A stretch of DNA of 59,811 nt from Candidatus Omnitrophota bacterium (lineage in GTDB: Bacteria; Omnitrophota; Gorgyraeia; Zapsychrales; Fredricksoniimonadaceae): positions 1 to 59,811 of the forward strand of contig JABDCU010000009.1 in the NCBI GenBank assembly GCA_013287965.1, in the 5' to 3' direction. Of the stretch, positions 49,813 to 57,508 are shown piece after piece. Numbering within the stretch: the first letter of the stretch is position 1; the number at the start of each line of letters is the position of its first letter. The notes beneath the pieces were generated by a model. The model was given only the letters and a program-made list of their open reading frames with translations, had not been told where the DNA came from and did not search any database. The translations under genes and the position numbers were made by a program.

Positions 49813-51014
49813 AACCTATGCGGTATCAGCGCGCGCTTATCCTGGTCCTTGTCGGGTGGTATTTGGTCCTGGCCCTGGGGCATTATTTCAATCAGCGTCC
49901 CTTGTGGAACGATGAGCAGTGCGTTTTAAATAGTATCATCCAATTAAAGCCGGCTTCTTTGTTCTCCCAGCCTTTGTTAAGCGACCAGGCCTTTCCCCGT
50001 TTATATTTGTGGTGTATCCAGCAATTCACTCAGCCTTTTCATCAAAATCTTTTGAGCCTGCGGCTGTTTTCTCTGATGGCCATGATCGGGGCTTTTTTTG
50101 TTTGGCTTAAAGTAGCCCGACGGGTATTGAGCCATTCAGGGAACCTGGTCCTATTTATCGGCTGTTGGTGCGCTTCCATGCCTTTGGTCTATTATGCGGC
50201 TGAGCTAAAGCCGTACAGCATGGATGTTTTGGCCGCAGGTCTGATAGTTTTGTTCTTACTAAATAGTAATGTCATTCCCGCGAAAGCGGGAATCCAGTAC
50301 AATGCAATATTATTCTTTTTACCCTTGCTTGGCCTGGCGTCCTATCCTGCGCTTTTTCTTCTTTTACTGCCTTTGTACAATTTGGTCCGTGACTGTGTAG
50401 ACAAGCGCCGCTGGCTTCCCGAATTGTCCCTTTTTTTAGGGAGCTATCTATTGGTGCTGGCGCTAGTTTATTTTTTCGATTTTCGCGTCAGCGCGCATTA
50501 TCTTTTAGAAGAATTCTGGCATGATTATTTTATTTCTCTGCATTCCATGAAAGACTTTTTAGGGACATTGGGCAAGGGCATGAATAATTTAATTGCCCGT
50601 CGCTTTGCCGAGAGCCCCCGGTGGGTCAAGGTGCCGTCCCGCATTTTTATAGGCTTGGGGGTTGGATATATGCTCGTGGCGTTCTGGGGGCAGTTTAAAA
50701 AAGACCGTTTTGTCCTGCGTTCGATCGTACCGATTTCCTTGGCCATGTTTTTGATGCAACTGGTATTGGCTGTTTTGCGGGTTTATCCTTTTGCCGTGCC
50801 GCGGATGTCCTTATTTTTTACGCCCTTGCTTTTATTGATAACGATCATGGGCATTCATTTCATCTACCAGCAGCATCAGGCCGTGGGGAGAATCCTTCGT
50901 ATTATTTTTGCCGGGTATTTGATCTTTGTTTCGTTTGGGATCGCTTCGGACGTGTTTATAAAAGGGGACTTAGGCGCGGAGTCAACACTTTATGGCCTTA
51001 AGCATCTGCTATGA
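49809..51014 (+). CDS. GT-C-like polytopic membrane glycosyltransferase
   Basis: RPLWNDE, LRLFSL, YAAELKPYSMD, YPF..R; many TM helices; start 49809 (TTG) or 49818. Confidence 0.65.
   Translation: MKPMRYQRALILVLVGWYLVLALGHYFNQRPLWNDEQCVLNSIIQLKPASLFSQPLLSDQAFPRLYLWCIQQFTQPFHQNLLSLRLFSLMAMIGAFFVWLKVARRVLSHSGNLVLFIGCWCASMPLVYYAAELKPYSMDVLAAGLIVLFLLNSNVIPAKAGIQYNAILFFLPLLGLASYPALFLLLLPLYNLVRDCVDKRRWLPELSLFLGSYLLVLALVYFFDFRVSAHYLLEEFWHDYFISLHSMKDFLGTLGKGMNNLIARRFAESPRWVKVPSRIFIGLGVGYMLVAFWGQFKKDRFVLRSIVPISLAMFLMQLVLAVLRVYPFAVPRMSLFFTPLLLLITIMGIHFIYQQHQAVGRILRIIFAGYLIFVSFGIASDVFIKGDLGAESTLYGLKHLL
50269..50297. repeat. REP/dRS3-like palindromic repeat, copy 2 (in-frame in CDS)
   Basis: ATGTCATTCCCGCGAAAGCGGGAATCCAG, read as VIPAKAGIQ. 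Confidence 0.85.
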
Positions 51015-52665
51015 TCTTTTTTGCAAAGGCCACAGAGGTCTTGATGTCATAGTAGAAATGGTCTTCACCGAGCATCTTTATAATTCCCGCTTCTTTCATC
51101 ACCTTCAGCGGCTGGGCTTGCACTCCTGAAAAAATAACTTCCATTTTGCTTTTCTTGGCCTTGCGCAACAGATCATCCAGGGCGCTAAGACCTGTGGCAT
51201 CCATGGCAGGGACAAAGCGCATGCGCAGGATCAGCACCTTGGGGCGGCGTTTCATCTGGCTTAAGGTGTCCCTGAATTTATCCGCAGCGCCGAAAAAGAA
51301 TGGCCCATTGATCTCAAAGATCTCGATGCCCGGAGGCACATTGATGGCATCCATCATTTCCGGGTCAAGCACCCATTCATCAGATTCACTGCCTTGATTA
51401 AGATATTTGACTTCGGTGACTTCCATCATGCGCTTCATGAATAGGAAGGCCGCGAGCACGATCCCCACTTCAATGGCCACGGTCAGGTCCACCAATACTG
51501 TTAACAGGAAGGTTGTGAGCAATACCATGATGTCGCTCTTGGGGCTGTGGAATAATTTGGCGAACATGGACCATTCGCCCATGTTATAGGCCACCAGCAC
51601 TAAGATGCCGGCTAATGTTGCCATCGGGATCAGGGAAGCCCATTGTCCTAAGAAGAGAAATAGGACCATTATTGTCAAGGCGTGCACTATCCCTGAAATG
51701 GGAGTTTGTCCGCCGTTCTTGATATTGGTCGCGGTGCGGGCAATGGCTCCGGTGGCGGGTATGCCGCCAAATAAAGGAGAGGCAAGATTCGCGATCCCCT
51801 GAGCAACCAATTCCATGTTGGAGCGGTGGCGCCGGCCGGTCATCCCATCGGCAACAACAGCGGAAAGCAGGGATTCGATCCCGGCTAACAAGGCAATGGT
51901 CAAGGCCGGACGCGACATTTTGACAATAAGGTCCCAATCCATGTGAGGGATGTGAGGGGCCGGAAAAGAATGTGGTACGCTGCCAAAACGTGTGCCGATG
52001 GTCTGCAGAGGCCAATGAAAAAAATGGGCGATGCCCGTCGTTACCAGGATGGCGATCAGGGGACCGGGCAGGCGGTCAGTGACCTTACGCCAAAACAGGA
52101 TGATCAACACCGTAACAACGCTGGTAGCGACGGCATAGATGTCAAAAGCAGGGATGTTTTGGGCATAGGCGATCCATTTGTCTAAAAATCTTTCGGGCGT
52201 ATGGGCTAAATGGAGCCCAAAAAAATCAGGGACCTGGGAGGTAAAGATAATGACGGCGATGCCGCTGGTAAAACCAATGGTCACGGGAAAGGGGATGAAT
52301 TTGATGACGTCTCCCATTTTGGCGATGCCCATGATGATGAGCATCACTCCGGCCATAAGAGTTGCCAGGCACAGGCCGTCATAGCCGTATTTTTGGACAA
52401 TGCCAAAGACAATGACGATAAAGGCACCCGTGGGCCCGCCAATCTGCACCCGGCTGCCGGAAAAGGCTGATATCAAAAACCCCGCGATCACCGCGGTAAT
52501 CAGGCCTTGCTCGGGTTTGACGCCTGAGGCAATGGCAAAGGCAATGGACAAGGGCAGGGCCACGATGCCAACGATAATGCCGGCCCAAAGGTCTTGTCCG
52601 AAGAGTTTAGCGGTGTATCCTTCCCTTAAAACAGTGACTAATTTTGGTTCAAACTCACGGTTCAT
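50998..52665 (-). CDS. SulP-family anion transporter with STAS domain
   Basis: GIVALPLSIAFAIASG, QIGGPTGAF, TGAIARTATNI, STAS GPFFFGAA..DATG. Confidence 0.95.
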   Translation of the reverse strand: MNREFEPKLVTVLREGYTAKLFGQDLWAGIIVGIVALPLSIAFAIASGVKPEQGLITAVIAGFLISAFSGSRVQIGGPTGAFIVIVFGIVQKYGYDGLCLATLMAGVMLIIMGIAKMGDVIKFIPFPVTIGFTSGIAVIIFTSQVPDFFGLHLAHTPERFLDKWIAYAQNIPAFDIYAVATSVVTVLIILFWRKVTDRLPGPLIAILVTTGIAHFFHWPLQTIGTRFGSVPHSFPAPHIPHMDWDLIVKMSRPALTIALLAGIESLLSAVVADGMTGRRHRSNMELVAQGIANLASPLFGGIPATGAIARTATNIKNGGQTPISGIVHALTIMVLFLFLGQWASLIPMATLAGILVLVAYNMGEWSMFAKLFHSPKSDIMVLLTTFLLTVLVDLTVAIEVGIVLAAFLFMKRMMEVTEVKYLNQGSESDEWVLDPEMMDAINVPPGIEIFEINGPFFFGAADKFRDTLSQMKRRPKVLILRMRFVPAMDATGLSALDDLLRKAKKSKMEVIFSGVQAQPLKVMKEAGIIKMLGEDHFYYDIKTSVAFAKKIIADA

Positions 52666-52762
52666 TATATATTCCTTTTTATTTAGAATATGCTATACTC
52701 TTGTAAATTTCACGTAATTTTTATCGTATTATCATTTTGTTAGGTTAAAAAGGGACAATAAT

Positions 52763-54298
52763 ATGCGCGCCGCCGTTATAGATATCGGTTCTTCTTCCAT
52801 CAAGCTTTTGATCGCGGAAAGCCACGGGGAAGATGTCAAGATCATCGAATCACTTAAAAATGTGATCCCTTTGGGCAAGCACGTCTTTATTAAAAACCGC
52901 ATCCCTCAAAGTATTATAAACCAAACTGCCGCTGTATTACAGAAATACAAAGATTCCTTAAAAGAATATGATGTCCAGAATGTCATGGTCATTGCCACGA
53001 CAGCCGTGCGCGAATCGCGTAACCGGGATATTTTCCTAGATACGGTCCTGCGCAAGACCGGTTTTAAAATTGATGTTTTAAATGCGGGGGACGTGGTTTA
53101 TTACATTGATTATTTCTTGAGCCATAAATTAAAGAAGACCTATCCGGTGGACAAGAAAAACCTTTTGATAGCGGAGTTAGGTGCCGGCTCTCTGGACATC
53201 TCGGTGATGGAAAAGGGGCTGACGCTCATGAACATCGGTTTTCCCATCGGAACGCTGCGCTTATCACAATTCATGGAAACCCTGGATGGTTCCCTGCAGG
53301 AAGTGCATGAAGCGACCGAAGAGTATATCGAGAATGAAGTTTTTTTCTTAAAGAAGAACAATGCCAATTTGGACATTGACGACATCATCCTCATTGACGA
53401 GAATTATTCAGTTTTTATCCAGAATGTACTGCCCAATAAACGCCGTGATTCGGATTTCTTCAAATTCAAGGCCACTGAAGCCCAGGAATTGCTGACGCGT
53501 TTAAAGCAGATGAACGTTGAAGAAATTGCCAATACCTACAGTGTTCCCACGGACATTGCCTCGACCATCACAGGCTTTGCCATCATCCTTAACACCTTGT
53601 TCAAATTCAATAAGAATGAGTATGTTTACATCCTCGAGGCTTCTCTGTCCGAAGCCATCCTGGCGCATTTATTGTTTAAATTCGACATGGAGGAGGGTGA
53701 CAATAAGCTAAGCCAGCTGGTGTCAGTGGCGCATTTTCTTTGCCGTAAATACGGCATGGACTTAGACCACTTGAAACACGTAGCATCCATGACAGAGCAG
53801 CTTTTTGACGCTTTCAAGGACATCTTGGGTTTGGAAGAGAAAGACCGTTTGTATCTTCTTCTGGCTTCTTATCTGCACGATATAGGGATGTTTGTCAATA
53901 ACCGTTCGCACCACAAGCATAGCGAATACATCATCAGCTCTTTGAATTTATTCAGGCTCACCGAGCACGAGATCAATATCATCGCCTGTATTGCCCGCTA
54001 TCATAGGCGTTCAGCGCCTTTAAAGACCCACTTGTTATACAATTCTTTGGCATCTGCCGAGCAGATCCTGGTGCAGAAATTAAGCGCTCTTTTACGCATC
54101 GCCAATTCTCTGGACCGTTCGCATAAGCAAAAGGTCAAAAAGCTGGAAGTCAAATTCAATGCCGCAGGGGATGCGACCATCGTGGCGTATACGCACGAGA
54201 ATTTCTTGTTGGAAAAAGAGAACTTTTTGGAGAAGAAGGAACTGTTCGAGGAGATTACAGGTAACAAATTGACGTTGACAGTAAGGACTCAGGATTAA
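52763..54298 (+). CDS. ppx: Ppx/GppA-family protein with C-terminal HD domain
   Basis: AVIDIGSSSIKL, IATTAVRE, GTLRL, LHDIG, HHKHS, RYHRR; upstream of ppk1. Confidence 0.85.
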   Translation: MRAAVIDIGSSSIKLLIAESHGEDVKIIESLKNVIPLGKHVFIKNRIPQSIINQTAAVLQKYKDSLKEYDVQNVMVIATTAVRESRNRDIFLDTVLRKTGFKIDVLNAGDVVYYIDYFLSHKLKKTYPVDKKNLLIAELGAGSLDISVMEKGLTLMNIGFPIGTLRLSQFMETLDGSLQEVHEATEEYIENEVFFLKKNNANLDIDDIILIDENYSVFIQNVLPNKRRDSDFFKFKATEAQELLTRLKQMNVEEIANTYSVPTDIASTITGFAIILNTLFKFNKNEYVYILEASLSEAILAHLLFKFDMEEGDNKLSQLVSVAHFLCRKYGMDLDHLKHVASMTEQLFDAFKDILGLEEKDRLYLLLASYLHDIGMFVNNRSHHKHSEYIISSLNLFRLTEHEINIIACIARYHRRSAPLKTHLLYNSLASAEQILVQKLSALLRIANSLDRSHKQKVKKLEVKFNAAGDATIVAYTHENFLLEKENFLEKKELFEEITGNKLTLTVRTQD

Positions 54299-54463
54299 AC
54301 AGGTTTTGGAAACAATTTTTGAAGACCACTGTTGTCCCGCCAATCTTCGACACCGATTCAAAAACACAGCCCGAAGGGCGTTGTGTTTCTGAAAGATTAG
54401 AAAAGATTGGCGGAAAAAGACAACTCGTGGTCAAAAAAATTCGTTTCCAAAACATGTTTCATC
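54293..54463. repeat. 171 bp long bulged palindrome filling the ppx-ppk1 gap
   Basis: Terminal arms pair at 19/21; inner blocks GACCAC/GTGGTC, GTTGTC/GACAAC, CCGCCAATCTT/AAGATTGGCGG; apex GCCC-GAA-GGGC. Confidence 0.8.
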
Positions 54464-54464
54464 T

Positions 54465-56498
54465 ATGAATAATACTATGGAAACTAAAGAGAAATTTATA
54501 CATCGCGATCTAAGCTGGCTGGAGTTTAACCGCCGGGTCTTGGAAGAGGCTGCTGATGAACATAATCCGCTTTTAGAGCGCATTAAATTCCTGGCTATTT
54601 TTACCAGCAATCTCGACGAGTTTTTCATGGTCAGGATGTCAGGGGCCCATAAGCTTTTGGCTTCCGGTTACAATAAGCGCGACCAATTTGGTTTTTATCC
54701 CCAGGAACTCTTCGCGGAGATCAAAACACGCACCGACGATCTGGTGAAGAAATTCTATGAGGTCTATGAAGGCCCTATCAGGGACGCTTTGGAAAAGGAA
54801 AAGATCTATATCAAAAAACCTGAAGGCTTAAGTCTGGAACAAAAAAAATACGTGCAGCGTTTTTTTGATACCACTCTTTATCCGATCATCACCCCCATGG
54901 CGGTCGATGGCGGCCATCCTTTTCCGGTGCTGCCTTCGCGTACCATTGCTTTCGCGGCCAACATCATCCGTTCTGAAAAAAACCATCTGGCCATTATTCC
55001 CATCCCGAAATCCGTGCCCCGTTTATTGAAAGTCCCGGCGGAAGGCGAGGAGTCGGTGTATGTGCTGACGGATTATCTGATCAAAGAGAATTTGGGGCAA
55101 TTTTTTAAAGGTTATAAGATCCAGGATGCATCGATCTTCAGGGTGCTGCGTGATAGTGAGCTGGAAGTTGATGAAGGTTTTGCGCCGGATCTCCTTAAAG
55201 CCCTGGAGAAAGAACTGAAAAAGCGCTCGAGCGCCAAGGCGGTGTATTTGCAGATGCAGGAAGGGACAACGCCGGAGCTTTTGGAGGTTTTGTGTAACGG
55301 GATTGATTTTCCCAAAGAAGAGGTGGTGTTTACCGCCTCGGACCTGGACCTGAATTTTCTTTACGACCTGTCCGCGTCAACGGACAAGCCGCAGTTGCGT
55401 TTCTCCAGCTTCACACCTGCCAAATCCGTTTATGAGAATATTTTTGATAAGATCAAGGATGAGGATTTTATTATCCACGTGCCTTTCCAGTCTTTTATGC
55501 CGACCTGTGAACTCATCGCTGCGGCGGCCAAAGACCCGGATGTTTTAGCTATTAAGATGACGCTTTATCGCACCAATGAGGATTCAGCCATTATCAAGGC
55601 CCTGATGGAGGCAGCCAAGAACCGTAAGCAGGTCACGGTGGTCGTTGAGATCAAGGCCCGGTTTGAAGAAGAAAAGAATATCCAGTGGTCGCGCGAATTA
55701 GAGCAGGCCGGCTGTCACGTGATCTATGGGATCGCGGGCCTTAAGATCCACTCAAAGATGAGCTTGATTGTGCGCAAGGAAGAAGGCCGCATCCGGCGTT
55801 ACGTGCATTTATCGACGGGAAATTACAATGAAAAAACAGCCAATGTTTACACGGACATCGGGTTTTTTACGTGCAATGATGATTTTGCCCGCGACATCGC
55901 GGATGTGTTTAACGTCATCACCGGCTATTCCCTGCCCAGTCCCTGGAAAAGGGTCATCTCATCCCCGCATGACCTGCGTAAATATTTCTTTGACCTGATC
56001 GACAAGGAGATCGAAAACCAGCAGGCGCACAAGAATGGTTTGATCATTGTCAAAATGAACGCCCTGGAAGATGTCCAAATTATTGAGAAATTGTACGCGG
56101 CTTCCAATGCCGGTGTTAAGATCAGGATGATCGTGCGCGGTGTTTGTTCCCTGGTGCCGGGGGTGGAAGGTTTAAGCGAGAACATTGAAGTGCGCAGCAT
56201 CGTGGGCCGTTTCCTGGAGCATTCACGTGTTTTTTATTTTAACAATAATGGTAATGGCCGTGTCTTTTTGTCGTCGGCAGACTGGATGACCCGTAATTTT
56301 GACCGCCGCATTGAGCTTTTGTTTGAGATCACCAAGCCTGAGATCAAATCTCACGTGCAGTTTATCCTGGACAGCTATTTAAAAGACACCCGTAAAGCCA
56401 GGGCTTTAAGGAGCGATCGCAGTTACAGCCGCATTAAAAAAGAAGGCGGCGCGGCTTTTGACGTGCAGGAATATTTTATCAATCATTATACAAGATGA
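54465..56498 (+). CDS. ppk1: Polyphosphate kinase 1
   Basis: RDLSWLEFNRRVL, NLDEFFMVR, IKMTLYR, LKIHSK, HLSTGNYN, GRFLEHSR, SADWMTRN. Confidence 0.97.
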   Translation: MNNTMETKEKFIHRDLSWLEFNRRVLEEAADEHNPLLERIKFLAIFTSNLDEFFMVRMSGAHKLLASGYNKRDQFGFYPQELFAEIKTRTDDLVKKFYEVYEGPIRDALEKEKIYIKKPEGLSLEQKKYVQRFFDTTLYPIITPMAVDGGHPFPVLPSRTIAFAANIIRSEKNHLAIIPIPKSVPRLLKVPAEGEESVYVLTDYLIKENLGQFFKGYKIQDASIFRVLRDSELEVDEGFAPDLLKALEKELKKRSSAKAVYLQMQEGTTPELLEVLCNGIDFPKEEVVFTASDLDLNFLYDLSASTDKPQLRFSSFTPAKSVYENIFDKIKDEDFIIHVPFQSFMPTCELIAAAAKDPDVLAIKMTLYRTNEDSAIIKALMEAAKNRKQVTVVVEIKARFEEEKNIQWSRELEQAGCHVIYGIAGLKIHSKMSLIVRKEEGRIRRYVHLSTGNYNEKTANVYTDIGFFTCNDDFARDIADVFNVITGYSLPSPWKRVISSPHDLRKYFFDLIDKEIENQQAHKNGLIIVKMNALEDVQIIEKLYAASNAGVKIRMIVRGVCSLVPGVEGLSENIEVRSIVGRFLEHSRVFYFNNNGNGRVFLSSADWMTRNFDRRIELLFEITKPEIKSHVQFILDSYLKDTRKARALRSDRSYSRIKKEGGAAFDVQEYFINHYTR

Positions 56499-57451
56499 AC
56501 TATTACATCGGTCTCGACATAGGCGGTACCAAGATCGCCGGGGCTTTGGTTTCAGCCTCGGGCAAGGTCCTGACCCGCACCAAAACATCCACTCCCAAGA
56601 AGGTCAAGCCCAAAGATATTTACACTTGTATAACTGATGCCATTGATGAGCTGGTCCATTCGGGTGGTGTTAAATACGCGTATATTAAAGGTATCGGGGT
56701 TGGTGTTCCCGGTATTGTGGACACCCGTAATAATCATATTTTGGCAGCTCCGAATATCGCGCTTACCGGTTTTCCTTTAAGTGCTTCGTTAAAACGTAAA
56801 TTTCGAATGCGGGTGGTGATGGCCAATGATGTCAATGCCGGGCTTTTAGGAGAAGCTTGGCTGGGTGCTGCCAAAGGACTATCGCATGTCATTGGTATCT
56901 TTCCGGGTACCGGTGTCGGAGGGGCGGTCATCAGCGACGGTAAATTGCTTTTAGGCGCCCAGGGTGCTGCCACGGAATTGGGCCATGTGATCGTGAGCAT
57001 CGATGGACCGCTGTGCCATTGCGGCAATCGCGGGTGCCTGGAAGCGCTGACCAGCCGCTGGGCCATTGAACGCGATATCCGTTTGGCTGTCAAAGCCGGA
57101 CGAAAGACGATCATTGCCAAGCTCAATGACGGCAAATTGGACACGATCAAAAGCAGGGTTTTAAAAGAAGCGCTGAGTAAAAATGACGCGGTGGTCAAAT
57201 CAGTCATTACCAAAGCCGCGACCGTTTTGGGCAAGACAGCTGTTTCTTTAAACCATACTTTTAATCCCCAGGCTATTATTTTTGGCGGGGGGGTGATCAA
57301 GGCCTGCGGGGACTTTATCCTGCCTATTGTAGCCAAAGAACTTAACGCAGACCCTTTCTTTAAAAAGTTCAACACCTGCCGCATTTTACCCTCCAAATTA
57401 GGGGACGACGCCGTACTCCTGGGCGCCGCCCGCTTAGTCCAACAGCCCTAA
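56495..57451 (+). CDS. ROK-family sugar kinase (glucokinase-like)
   Basis: GLDIGGTK, NDVNA, GTGVGG, ELGH, CHCGNRGCLE, GGGV; ATGA overlap with ppk1. Confidence 0.9.
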   Translation: MNYYIGLDIGGTKIAGALVSASGKVLTRTKTSTPKKVKPKDIYTCITDAIDELVHSGGVKYAYIKGIGVGVPGIVDTRNNHILAAPNIALTGFPLSASLKRKFRMRVVMANDVNAGLLGEAWLGAAKGLSHVIGIFPGTGVGGAVISDGKLLLGAQGAATELGHVIVSIDGPLCHCGNRGCLEALTSRWAIERDIRLAVKAGRKTIIAKLNDGKLDTIKSRVLKEALSKNDAVVKSVITKAATVLGKTAVSLNHTFNPQAIIFGGGVIKACGDFILPIVAKELNADPFFKKFNTCRILPSKLGDDAVLLGAARLVQQP

Positions 57452-57508
57452 GCTCCAAAACAGCTTTGCCTTGTTTTCCTTTATACAATATGGCATACTT
57501 CCTATATC

